Positions 12,569 through 25,900 of a stretch of DNA of 64,000 bases are shown in pieces. Each line of letters opens with the position of its first letter. The first letter of the stretch is position 1. A program made the translations under genes and the position numbers. The DNA is taken from positions 992,001-1,056,000 of the forward strand of contig CP145414.1 in NCBI GenBank assembly GCA_036867785.1, in the 5' to 3' direction. This DNA is from Plasmodiophora brassicae (Eukaryota). The notes below the pieces were generated by a model. The model saw only the letters and a program-made list of their open reading frames with translations. It ran no database searches and had not been told where the DNA came from.

Positions 12569-13703
12569 ATGGCGCTGGTACTCGTCGTTGCTATGTGCGT
12601 CGTCGCCGGAACGGTGGCTGGTGACGAATCCCGGTCGCCTCTTCAGTTTGATAGAAACGGCAGGTTCCGCATTCTGCAGTTGACTGATTTGCACTTTGGA
12701 GAAGCGCCTGATAAGGCGTGGGGCCCTCTTCAGGATGTGATGTCGATGCAGAACATGGTGGCGCTGATTGAGATGGAACGTCCCGATCTGGTGGTGCTGT
12801 CGGGTGACCAGGTCACCGGAAACAACATCAACGGCAACGCTACGGCGTACCATGGACAAATTGTACGCGTTCTTGAAAGGCATGGTGTGAAATGGGCACT
12901 GGTGTTCGGCAACCATGACGATGCCCCGCTAGAAGGACATGTCGTTGGTGAGCGCTTTCCGACGACAACGCGGGCGGAATTGATGAGGTTCGACCGTACA
13001 TTTCGGGGGTCTTATTCACAATTCGGGCCGTCGTCGGTTCGGGGCGTCAGCAACTATCTCTTGCCAATCGCTGACTCCAAGGGCGCTACCAGAGCTGTCC
13101 TGTACATGCTTGATTCAGGAGGAGGATCGTTGGATATAGCTGTCGATTATTCCCAAGTCGACTGGTTTGAGAGCGCGTCACGACGACAGGGTCTGCAAGC
13201 GGCTCCTGGTTTGTTATTTCTGCACGTCCCACTACCCATTGTCCGTCGCGTCTGGAACGAGGAGAGGTGGCGTTGCGAGGGATTCAAAGACGACGGAATA
13301 GATGTGGTCAGAACTAGGTCACCTACTGTATCGCGCACAGTGAGACGACTTACCGCACATGGTCTTACAGATTCGTGATGACCGAGGCGCTCGATCTCTC
13401 ATCAGTGCAATATTTCGGCTGCAGTCGATAAGAGGCGTCATATATGGGCACGATCATGGTAACGATATGTGCTGTCGGGTGAAGCAGACGGATTTCTGTT
13501 TTGGAAGGCATTCTGGATACGGAGGTTATGGCAACTGGACTCGAGGCGGCCGCGTGATACAGTTGAGTCTGAGCGACGACCCGAGAACGGGCTGGACTGG
13601 CAGTACATGGATTCGCATGGAGAATGGAACTACTACGGGCGAACGACAGCTCCCTGGGCAATACGCCCTCCAGCATGACAACAGGGCAGATGTTTCTGCT
13701 TGA
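12569..13703 (+). CDS. Secreted calcineurin-like metallophosphoesterase (DCR2 / PAP16-29-like)
   Basis: Signal peptide MALVLVVAMCVVAGTVAG. Motifs QLTDLHFGE, PDLVVLSGDQV, FGNHD, FLHVPL, GHDHGND and GRHSGYGGYG. One intron at about 13306-13370. Confidence 0.92.
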
Positions 13704-13880
13704 CTGGCTGAGCGTTTCCATAAATTGCTGCCCAAGGCGTGCACGTCCCGTAATCATTGAGCTGTATCAGTGCCGAGCGAGACGTTTTCGGAAAAATTCA
13801 CCGCATCGAGGTGGATCGAGGGACACGGCGTCCCAGAAAATTGGGGTCATCAAAATCGCGTGTAGAGGGGGGTCTGGGTG

Positions 13881-15536
13881 ATGGCGATGCTGGGTCGTCA
13901 GGCGGGACGTTCGTGGGCGCGACGTCTGCTGTCGTCGCATGGGCCGACGGCCGGGGTTGCTAACGATGCGTCCCCAGCGGCATTCCTGCAGTATCCGCAG
14001 GCAGAGCTGTCGACACTGAAGAACGGTGTTCGCGTTGTTTCCGAGGTCTGGCGGGTTAGGCGGGTGGCAGCGAACGGTCGTACTCACCTGAATGTGGGCA
14101 GACGTCAGCGAAGCATTCCGGAACTGTCCTAATCGGCATTCGTGCTGGGTCCAGGGATGAGGGCCCTGACGAGCATGGCGTTGCGAACTTCGTTAACGGC
14201 ATGCTGCTGCGCGGGTCCCCCAAGCTTGCGAAGGGGAGCCTTGCCAAGGAGATCGAGAACATTGGCGCGACTCTCGGCGTCGAGACTGACCGTGAGCTGA
14301 CGATATACTACGGCCGCGTCCACAATAAGAAGCACGTACCTCGCTTGGTGGAAATTATGGCGGACACCTTGCAGGTACGGCAATTCAGCATCAAGTATTG
14401 TTGGCACTAGCTCACGCCGACGTTGCCAGCATTCACTTGAGGTGGAGGGTGCCGTCGAAGAAGAACGTCGTCGCCAGTTGAAACGTTCGCAGAACGCCGC
14501 GCAGTCCGTTTCCAACCTCGTTCTCGATCGTCTTCACGAGGCCGCGTATCGTGAACAGGTCCTGGGTCGCACCGTGGTCGGAGCCGAGGAACAAATTCGT
14601 GGCATCGACCTGAGTCGCCTCCGCGCCTTCCGCGATGCCCATCATACGGGAGATCGTGTCGTCGTCTCGGGAACCGGATGTATTCTTCATGACGAACTCG
14701 CGAGTCTGGCTGAGAAGCACTTTTCCTTCATTCCTGAGGGGTCATACTCGAACACTGCGGAGCCTGTAACGTTCATTGGTGGCGAAACGAGGGAGCGCCA
14801 GGATGACATCGGCAAGGGCCATTTCGCTATTGGCTACTCTACTGGAGGTCTGCATTCGCCAGACACCGTCGCCCTGCGCTACTTGACAACTCTTCTGGGC
14901 CACTACGATGCTGCCCAGCACGATCCGTCACTGGCCCCCCTGACACATTTCTCACACTCCAACCTGATTACGAACTGCACCAAGGCTGGATGTGTCGACA
15001 GGATAGTCCCGTTCAATTTCGATTACGCAGACACGGGACTCTGGGGCATCTACGTTCAAGGTGGACCTTTCGACATGAATGAGGTATTTCAAAGTCGACA
15101 TTGCTGCCTTGATTAATGTCGACCTTAAACTGCCGCAGGCTGCTTACCAAGTGACGAACGAGATCACGCGCCTGTGCTACGAGCTGGATGATGCACAGGT
15201 TGAAATGGCTCGTCATACCATTAAGACCGAGTACTTTACTGCTGCCTCCAACGGCCTTGCTACTGCCGATCGTGCAGCGCGTGAAGTCCTCAACTACGGA
15301 CGACGAATTCACCCGGCCGAATTTGTCAATCGCGTCGACGCCTGCGAGACGGACGATATTCTGGAGTGCTCTGGGCGTTTGTTGCAAGATGTCGACGTTG
15401 TCGTGAGCGCCTATGGTGCTGTTTATGAGGTTTGTCCAGGACGTTGTGATCGAGCAACTTGCAATTATAGTAATCGACATTGCAGTTCCCGGACTACAAC
15501 CACGTTCGCCGCCGTACCTACTGGAACCGCTACTGA
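13881..15536 (+). CDS. Peptidase M16 family: mitochondrial processing peptidase beta / complex III core-1-like subunit, multi-exon
   Basis: Arg-rich presequence, then STLKNGVRVVSE, AGSRDE, EIENIGA, DRELTIYY, YADTGLWGIY and LNYGRRI. The last exon reads FPDYNHVRRRTYWNRY*, typical of beta-MPP/core-1 C-termini. Confidence 0.88.
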
Positions 15537-15869
15537 CCCAGGGCCGGTTGCCCAGGAAATACACAACGGAAAGATTCACCGCCATCAAACGGCACCTCAA
15601 GTGAGCAGCCAACGCTCCACCGTTTTGAGCGGCGAGACGTATTCGAAAAACAACTGTCCTTCGCGCGCCTATCGTGTGAATTGAAGCCGCTTCCTGTGAC
15701 GGTGAAGCAGAACTGGTAACGCGTTATGTATTATTGTAACAGCGAATGGACACAGCTGCTTCGGACGAATGAGAAACATGGACGAGAGGACAGGGCATCA
15801 CGAGAGAGGGCGGCGCTCGAGCGAAATAATATATGAATGCACGACGGAATGATATCCAGGTCGAACAGA

Positions 15870-16540
15870 CTAGCAGTGCATGGACTGGCCCTCACCGGCG
15901 ACTTTCCCAGGAGTGACCGTTCCAGCCATCTCCGTGCGACACCGTTTCCTGGCGGGCGCGTCTTGTCTGGTGAGGTTCAGCAGAATGGCGGCCGCCTTCC
16001 ATACATCATCTTCTGACATACTGTTGGCGTCGCCGTCAACAACCTGAAGATCGGAGCTCCGCTTCATGACCAGATCGACCGGGTTGTCCTCTCCGCATCT
16101 TGCGATCTCGACAGCAAAGTACCCGTTGCCTCCGTACACGACGTTGCCCACCTCGCCGACAAACTTGCCCGCCATAATCCGTACCCGAGACCCAATCAGC
16201 TTCGGCCCCGATGATTTCGCCGATGTTCTTGGCGGCTTCGGGACACCGGGCGTATCGTCGCCGAGACGTCGTGCAGTTCTATGCAGGTCGGCGTTGTAGA
16301 GTTCAACCTGGGTGACTTGCTTGTTGACGATATCGTCAGTGCCGACCTTGACGCGGAACTTGCCGTTCGCGAATCCGATAATCTCGCCAACGTGGCCGAC
16401 GAAGCGGCCCTTCCGGATGAAGACGACCTGGTTCATCCATGGCGCCAGTGCATCCCGCATGGCGACGTCGTCGACAGACATGGGCGTGGCTCTTCCGTTA
16501 GCTGGATCAACCACCGCGTCAGCCGTCTTGCCGCCCAGGT
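15870..16540 (-). CDS. KOW-motif-containing hypothetical protein (5' exon unresolved)
   Basis: Two KOW-like segments: VVFIRKGRFVGHVGEII and GSRVRIMAGKFVGEVGNVV. A CAG acceptor lies near 16542. Confidence 0.65.
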
Positions 16541-16994
16541 CTGAACGCGATGATTATCTGACAGCAGCCCAGAAGCGTACCCGCGATCGTCAATTCCGAC
16601 CCGTGAAGTCGATCAGCAGAGTAAGCTAGTCCCAGTAGCCAGTGCCGCTGGGGCTAGTTCTTGCCCAACTCGATCGGGACAGGGGTACCCGCGCAGCGGT
16701 CCCGTTAGATCGTCCGGAACGGAGCCGATCACTGCACAACTGCACCCGGACCAAAAATGATGGCCAGAGACCCTGCAGCCGTGCAGCGATGGGTAGTGCG
16801 TGTGGAGGGCCGCAGACCCAGGAAGATGTCCGACGGACTATGGGATGGCGCGCCGGACGGTGCCCGAATTGGATGCCGAGTCACGCACGCTCGCCGCGCT
16901 CGGGACGTCGCCATCTGCTGTCCGGCCCCCAATGTCCGGCGGTTTGCAGAGCATCCCCTGCGTACACCGATCCGTATTATGGGCTCGACCTGTT

Positions 16995-19900
16995 ATGTCT
17001 GTAAACGCCAATGTTGTCGTCAACGATGTTCATGAGCAAAATGTGTCGGAAGCGGGATGCGGCTGCGTCGTCCCGGGTGTGCCTGGCACTGATAGCCTGG
17101 CTGGCAGTACAACACACCGGGTTGCGGTGATGGCGTGAGTGACGGCGCCTGCATGCGAAGGTATCAAAGCGGGGCGGCGGGCGGCGACGATGGCGCCGAC
17201 CAGTGGCGCGACATGTTTGCCCGCCTGACGGAGCAGATCACGCGCGATACCGACGCAGACGTTCGCGCCATCCTGCAAGGCGTCCCCGCCGCACCCACCG
17301 GACGACCAGCTGTCCAGGACGTCAAAGAACAACAACCAGTTGCCGCTGACGTCAAGAATCCAGCACCAGATGCTGAGGTCGAACGCTTGCGGGCTGAGGT
17401 CGCTTCGTTGACCCAGGAACTTGCCATGCGAAATGAAGAGGTCGCAGAGCGTAGCGATGAGCTGGCGGCACGCTCCAACGATCTTGCCTTGTGCAGGGCT
17501 GAGCTCGCGTCGCGCAACGCTGAGCTCGAGTCGTGCACCGCACGACTCGCCCTGCATTCCCAGGAACTGGAACAGGAGCGGACGCTACGCCAGGAGCTCC
17601 AATCGACTTTGGAGGACCAGTTGGCTTCGTTATCCGGCAGGAAGGCTGAAGAGGGCCTGGAGGTCCAGAAACTGACGCAGAGGTTCCGCTCCGTTCTTCA
17701 ACTGTTCGCGTTCGCCTGCTCCTGGACAATGTCCGAGAGCGAGCGCAATCTGGAGGAGCACCTTCGTGCCGTCGTCAACTGCGACAAACTCGTTGTCCAC
17801 GATGTCTCTGGGAAGCGCCTGCGAAACTGTGCTGCTGAAGTACAGCAGGCTGTAAAGGCGGGCCGCATGGTGCAGTCGTCGGACGGCGACATCGCGGTTC
17901 CCATTGTGGAATCGGGAGGAATGCAGTGCCGCCGTGTCATCCAAGCTGGCGGCCTAACTGACGCCACTGGCGTTGAGGTTACAACGGCAATCGCGGGAGT
18001 TCTTGGTTTACGCGTTGCCGCATTGGCAAGTCGTGAGAAAGCCACGACCTTGTCCGAACGCTGCGAATCTCTGTTGGTTAGTAACAAACGCTTCTTCCGA
18101 TCTCGCATAGCTTCTCAAGTGATTGCTACAGGCTATGATCAGCGTTATCGGAAACATAGAGTCCGACCGTGCTAGTAAGCCTGTGCTCTGGACTAAGACT
18201 GGACTACGCTGTACTTACTATCGCGACAGGCGTTCCTTCTGTTTTGAACTGGGCTCAACGTGAGCTCCAATTGGTCCTGAAATGCCAGTCGTGTCGGATT
18301 TGGCTCATTGATGAAGGGAACAAGGAGCTGTACTCGTTTGAAGGTCCAGATGATTCCGAGCATCGCGAACCTTCTGGTACGGGCATTGTCGGTTCCGTTC
18401 AGGTGACGAAGCAGCACGTCATGCACAACGACACCCTGACACAGCATCCGCTGTTCCATGGCTCCATCGACGCGCCGGACGGTATTGATGGCATGAAGTG
18501 TTCCGCGATTCTATGTGTTCCCGTGATGGAATCCACCGAAGGCGGCGAAATCCATGCCGTTATCCAGTTTGTAAACAAGCAGGGCGATGCACCTTTCACT
18601 CCTGCGGACCACGAGCTCGCCCTGATCTTCTGTCATCGGCTATGCAGTGCACTTCGTCGTGAGAAGAGGGCTCAAGAGTCATACAGCGGGCTAGTCAAGG
18701 ACTTGACGGAGTCCAATCGCGACAGAGACGTTTGGCGGTCACGGCTGAACGCCTATGAGTCACTTGTCAAGCTCTTCGACGCGGACGCCCTTGAGCTATA
18801 TCCTGGCAACTTCACGGCCCGCGTCAACGATGCACTTATGGAAGCTCTGGGAGCAGACGTTGTTGCGCTCGGCGCTGTGATGCCCCGTAACCTTCTACCG
18901 TTCAAACTGGAACGTGTGGACAAGATCTCCCAGTCCGGGGCTTTCCGACTGCTCTGTAAGCAAACGATCGACACTGGCGCCATTGCTTCAAGGGAAAATG
19001 TTCGCGTCGCCAAACTGAACCAGCCGCTTGTGCTGATATGCGGTCCTATGTAAGTCCACGCTATGTCGCTCTGCGCCATGTCACTTACTGTTTTCACTGA
19101 TTAGGTTCGATTCGTTGGGACGGGTGACTGCCACCGTACTGGTGGGCGTCAAATCGTCCAAATACGGGCCACATACCATTTCGATACTGTCGTTATTCAC
19201 GACGCTATGTGGGGCGTTCCTTGATCGCAAACATTGTCAGCTGAGCGCCGCCGCGGCTCGCATTCCCGATGTCAGCGGTCCCGATCCTCCAGACAATGCG
19301 TTCAGTTCATCATACCGGGCGCCCACGAGCGATGCGCTAGAGATTGATGGCATCCCGAGAGCACCGGCCCCTGGTCCATCCGGTGACCTGCTCTGGGACG
19401 AGGACATGCGCGAATCGTCACATGAAAACTCTTCAAGAAGCTCCATCGCTGACGGGATCGATGGCGGTGATTCTCTGTCGGATCAGGCGAAGCCAACGGG
19501 CCTGGAGTTGACGTCTACGGGCAGCGGGTCCGTCTCGGCCTGGAGAGAATGGATGAACAGCGTCGACAACCCTGCCAGTGACAATGAAGACGAATCTCCG
19601 TTGCCATCCAGCGCCGAAGCACGCCTCAAAAGCTTCGCTCTGCTTCACGCCGGCTCGACAACGAACGTGTTCCAGCAGCCACCATCGCGACCCGCTGAGT
19701 CGTTTTCAAAGGGATCGAACCTGGAACGAGTGCCTTCCGGGAAAGTTGATACGATCGGGCGTTCGGCTCCGCTCCCTGCACCAACCCTCGGGCGTACAGT
19801 GTCGGTCCCGCCGGCGCTGGAACGAGGAAATTCCCAACGCGGTAGTACCCGTGTACTGAAGAGACAGGCAAGCGAGACGGGAATCGGTACCCGTCTAAAC

Positions 19901-22900
19901 GCTGGGTCGAACCCGAGCTCGTCCACAGAATCGTCCTTCAGAAAGCGGAGATTGTCGAAGCGCTTTGACATTGACGAAGCGAATGCGGTCCTTGCCGCGC
20001 TGTACATTGAGACCGACGACATTGTCGACATTGTCGAGTTCACCGGAGGCGACATCGAATACGTCCACCCGGACGCTAACGAAGTCAAGGATCAGGTCCC
20101 CGACCTACCGCAGAACATCGTCTTGCCGATACAACGCCACCATCAGCGGATCATCTCTCTGGATCGGAAGATGCCGTTCGATTTCCACATCGGGAGAGTG
20201 TCTGAGGCGAGCATTGAGGACCTGGAACCGTCCCCTAGCAGCAGTCCCCGAGCCGGCGGTGGCGACGTCCTCGCATTTGCGCCAACCAAATCGCGGTCAC
20301 CTTCTGCATCAACAACATCTTCGCAACGATCCCGGCCCTCGCGACATGCTAGCGCCACAACGAGAAAGAAAGTATTTCAGGCCCACTCAGCGCACGCCAG
20401 CGTACAGCACGAAGATCTCGCTCCGCACGTCCACACTGGGCCACTGGCTCCCCAAGCATCAGCCCCGGCAGTCTCCACATTTACTGCCGGTAGAAAGGCC
20501 AATGACGCTCTTGCATCTGCTGAGGCCGAGATGGAAGAGTTCTTCAGGTTAACGCAAATTCTCGCAACACCTGTCGAAATCCCTTCTGCCTCACCTGACA
20601 AGCCTCTGACGATGGTCATCGCAGAAGGGGCCTTGCTGGCGCTATCTGTTGTCTTGTCGCAGACCGAAGAATTCCAGGTGACATGGATCAATCTGGATAA
20701 CGCTTGAGTTCACGTCTGACGTTCATGGGAACAGGTTCGCATAGGCTCTGAGTGGTTCACCTGGGACGCGGCTAACGATACGGCCGTACTGACGAAAACC
20801 CCAAGTATGGCATCCTCTGCAATGGTGTCACCTCGTGGTGTTTATGTGAGCTTTCGCTATGCAGAACGCATTGCGCCAATGCTCTTAGAGCACCTATCAT
20901 CGCCTTCGTTATCTTCATGGAAAGGAGAGATTCATGCCTTTATCTCGCCTCCTAAAACCTTCTCTCGCGTGGAAGAAGCCGGTACGGTTAATTCTGTCAC
21001 TGCATCCATGAGAATGTTGATTCGTTTCATTCAGGTTTTAGGGGAGTTGCGTCTCGCCTGAACATGGTTCTGGCGTACCAGTCCTTAATACAGGACCTGA
21101 AAAGCACCGTTGAAAACGATTCCAAGGAGAACGTCCGTCTGCAAGGCCAGCTGCAAGTGTCAAATTCTCTCATCGAGTGCATGCGGACCGCGACGCTCTC
21201 CAGCGGCCTGCATATGATGTTCTCCAACGAGACCTGCCCTCTCGTAACGCCATCGACGCAGCCGATCCTCTGCGTACTCTTACGTGCGGCTACGTTGTGC
21301 TTAGGCAAAGATGGTGAATGCCGAGTTCGCACAACTCTGGCTGTTCGATCAGACGTGCGCTGAACTGTGGACCGCCGTTCATGACGTCGTTGGAGGAACC
21401 CTTAGGACCTACCGTTTCCCAATCGATAGGCCCAGCATTCTTACCCAGGCCGCCGTTTCAAGGTCTCATTTTCATGCGCCCATGTGTGTGGCTCTGCTAA
21501 GTGGAGTGCCAGGGTGACCGTCAACTATTTCGAAGGGGATCAGAACATTCATTTCAGCGACGACATTGATGGTGGGTGTTCGGGAACAAGGTACAGTACC
21601 CGGCCACATTCAATTCTGTGCTGCGCGATTGGGAACGATACCGAGGTAAAGGCTGCTGCTTTTGCTTTCTTGACGTGGTGAATCCCTAAACTACGATTGT
21701 AAGGGCGTTCTCGGTGTTGTGCGCGTGGTCAACCATTTGGATCCTGATTGTAGCGGGCAACGGACGCGCTTCACGATTGCCGACCAGAGGTTCCTCGAGG
21801 CATTCTGCATTCTGCTTCTCGATATGGTGCGAGCTCATCGAAACGCAATGAAACTGCAAGACCGGTAGTAGCTGACCGCCTTTGCGTTCATCATTAGTCT
21901 TCTAAAGTTGTTTGGAACGCAGACTGGACCCGGCTATCAAGCTGTCTAAGAGCGAGCGACAAGCCAGACAGCGAATGCAAGTGCTCCTGTCCGCTCAAAT
22001 TGGGCGGCTTGCGAAAATCACGAAGCAGGCCGACAACCTTGGCGAGGGGGTTAAACAGTGTGCCGCCCTGGTGGCAGTGCTGCGAACGATTGCCGATTCT
22101 GACGCTCATCGTGTCCGTTCTGCGCTTGAAAGTACCGGTGGATTACTGTGGAGACGTCTGGGCAATTTCGTCTACTTTGCCGTGTTCGCTTACTCGCAGA
22201 CGTGCATTTCTCACACGGATCTGCGGTCGTTGGATTCCATCCCTTCCGACACTGGCGGTGGTCAGTAATGGGTCCAACGCATCTGTCATTGGGTGATATT
22301 TATTCTGTTTGCAGTGCTTTATGAGTTGGTTGATCACATTGGCACCGCCAACGAATCCGTTGACGAAGTTATTGGAGTATCGGATGTGAAGGCGGCCTTG
22401 GGTTTCGAGCCGCCCAGCGGCAGAGAGCGATGGCGTGTTCTCGGGTATCCTGTTGTTGAGACGAACCGCTCTGTGGGGGCAGTCTGCATCCTTCTCAAAG
22501 ATCCAGATGAAGACTTGAGCGCCAGCCATGACGAGCAGATGCTCCTGTTTCGCGGCATTCTGAGCATGTGGCTCAGCAGCCATACCCAGATCTGTCGCCA
22601 GAAACATGAACTGTCCAACGTCAATGAGGACAGTGGGCGGGTTCGCTCCGAGAATGACCGTTTGCACTCGACCTTGGGCCGATTCAGGCACGGCTTATCA
22701 GTGGCAGTCGACCTCCTATCTGGACCGGACACCGAGCTCGATTCCGTAGTCACCAATGGCCTCCATCAAATGGTCTCGAGCTCCATCGCCATAACGCGTC
22801 GCATGGATCTGCTGACAGACTCCAACACCTTCCGACTCTCCAATCGAAACAGACCCGCAATCCAGGAGCTTTTCCCCGAGATCAACCTCGGCGACGCGTT

Positions 22901-25900
22901 CGTGTTCGCCAAGTCGTCATGCTTTCTCAAGAACGGCACCGACAGCGTTATCGTTGTTGCAGCGCGGCCGCACCTTGATTACAAAGAGGACGAACTGGAA
23001 GTGATGAACGCCATCACTGTCGTGTACGTGGCTGCACTGGAGTGTTCCGACCGGTGCCGGAAGCAAATCGAATGCGATCGTCTGCTTCAGCAAGCGACAG
23101 GCGAACTCGGCGAAGCCCGCGCGCGTGTCTCTATCCTCCAGTATTGCATCAATGCGTCGCAGGGCATGTACGCTGCTGGAACCAGTGCATGCATCAATGA
23201 TCTCGTGTCCGAATTCGCTCGTCTGAAGCATTGCTCCCTGAGCCGCTGGATAGCAGGCCGGCAGATGTCATCGCAAATGCAGGACGTGATTATGGCGGAC
23301 ACGGCAGAGGGCTGTGAAGGCATATTGGACTCTCCGGTTCGCCCCCAGAACTTACTGTCGATGCCTTTGCCCGATGGGCTCGGCTGTATCGTCCTGGGGT
23401 CAAAGCCTCCACCGGGCTTCTGCGACGCCGATATGGACGATCTCAAGATGTTCATCAAAAGCATCAGCCCCATTGCCGCATTGCTATCCAAGAAAGAGTC
23501 CACGATGGATAACTTGCAGAACATTCAGCTGTCCCGTGATACCATGTCGTCGGAGCTGGAGGCAGCGCGCTGCGACCTTGACCTCACGAACGCAATTCTC
23601 GATGCAACGTGCACCAAAGTGTCGCCGCTGTACTCGCTCCATCTGTCGCCTTCCTGCGACATCGAATCTGTGGTTACCGACGTCATTCTGCAATTCGGCC
23701 TTGAGGCCGATTCCGTTATTGTCTCCTCGCCTTGGTCTCGATCCGCCCAAACAGTTGCACAGCTGGCCGCTAGTCTCCCAGAAAGTGCTGCAACGACGCT
23801 GACCAGCGCTCTGAACAACGGCGAAGTGGCGTGCGCACGCGCCCCACTTGACAATACGCCTGCAACGCTGGGCAGCAGGAGCCGTCGAGCAGTCTCCGTC
23901 ATGTGGATTCCGTTCGAGCTCCCACCGAGCGGGGCCATGCCTGCGTGTACCGTCGTCATCCAGCTGGTTCGTCACGGGATACAGCCCGCTGAGTTCTCTG
24001 ACAAGGAGAGGTTGGCCGCTGCCGTGTTCAGAAGCGTGGTCAAGTCAGCATTTGTCGCCGTTCAGCTGCAGGACGTCAACCGTCAGCTGACGACGACGGT
24101 TCGTGAGGTAATACGAACAGGGGGCGCTGTTCAATGTGCGGTCCTGAAGGTCGGTGCCGTTTACAGGCCCAGACACATTCGGCCGACCTGGAGGAGACGA
24201 CGTCTGCACTGTTCGACTTTGTTGACAGGGTCCTGTCTGCAACCGCAGCCGTTAGCACGCTTGAATCCAGTTTGCTTTTCGAACTGGGTCGCACGTTGTC
24301 GCGCCTGCTCGGGTGCGAAGCATGCACGATCTTCTTGTGCGAATTCGACGGTCAGAACAGGCGGCCAATCCACTTAACGTATACAGGTTGCGGTTCTGGT
24401 TGTGCACGAAGGCGGGCAGGTTGTCTGACAACGTTGCAGTTACTGGTGCTGATCGTGTCAAGCGTGATATTCCGTCCGAGTCGTCCATAATCGGATGGGT
24501 GATTCTCACTGGCAATCCCTACTTTGCTGTCGACACTGCGACGGATCCGCGTTTCAACCCTTCCTATGACGCCTCCCAGACAACCAACGGTCCGGCCTCG
24601 AGTATCATGTGTGTCCCACTTCGGTTCAACCAGACGGTTGTTGGCGTCGTGCAAGCGCTGCGCTCGTGTCAAGCTCCCTTCTCTGGCTCGTCCGTTCAGC
24701 AATGCACGCGACTCTGCGACCTCCTTACGGCGGTCTGCAAGCATGGTGGTACGCCAGGTCCAACGCCGGTGCCTACGACGAGACAGGACGCAGCTGGTGG
24801 GTATACTTCCCTGCGACTCATACCTCGTATTGATGGCGTTCGGTGCCCAGGACCTATAGACGTATCCGATGCTGTTAACGGCTTCAAGGAGTTGCAAGGG
24901 TTGCTTCTCAACACAGGGAACTGGCGGCTGGATCGCTCCGATCGCTACGTCCAGATGGCCAGCGACATGTTTGTCTGCCTGCACAAACTGGTTCAGTTCG
25001 AGGGGTGCGGCCTGTTCGTCCTCGATGGAGATGCGATGCGATACCGACTGATCCACACTGACATGGAGCTGGCCCCCGAACGGCACATTGACGAGATTCA
25101 GGTACCGCGTCGGCTGTCCTCTGCCACTCGAATTTAACGATCGGGTTCTGATGACAAACAGTTTGGGTCTCGCCAAGGTCTGCTTGGCAGCGTGACGTCC
25201 TCTGCCCGGGTCCTTCGCATCACGTCTGCGAAATCCGACCCACGGTTTCAGTCGTTCCCAGATCAGTGGATGCGATCGGATCTGTCAACGTCGCTGATGC
25301 TCCCTTTGATCGATGCGTCGTCATCGGTGGTATCAGGCGTGCTTCAGCTGTGCAACTACAGCTCCGCCTTGATGAACGCATCGTGGCGCGACAATGAGGT
25401 CGACATTGCCCAAGCTGTCGCCTCGTTAGCCTCCATGGTTGCGCAGGTAAATGGGCCGTATGAACGCCCGAGCCAGTTTCCGATTCTCAGTGTGCGTTAG
25501 TTCGGCCGACTGAACGCGATGATCAACGATAACCTTTCCCGCTCGAATGAGCGACTGGAAGCAGCCAGGGAGGCGCTTCAAATGAGCGCGACAGAAGTGA
25601 AAAGAGTCCAGGGTGTCGTAGAGACATCACAGCACGTTGATGACTTCCACGGCGCCGTTGTCGGCGTGTCCACGTTGACGCCTCTGTAAGGTCCCGCCGA
25701 CCCGCTTTTAAAATTCGTTTGCTGAGTTCTGGTGCAGGTTCCAGGCCGTTCAACACTACGTTCGAAAGGTGTTCAGCGCCCATCGATCGCACCTATTCCT
25801 ACTGGATTCCGAGCGAGGCGACCTGTTCACGAGCATTGTCGAGGAGCATGGAAGTATGAGCGTCCGCGCCTTGTGCCACTGTGATGTCGACTGAACTCGC

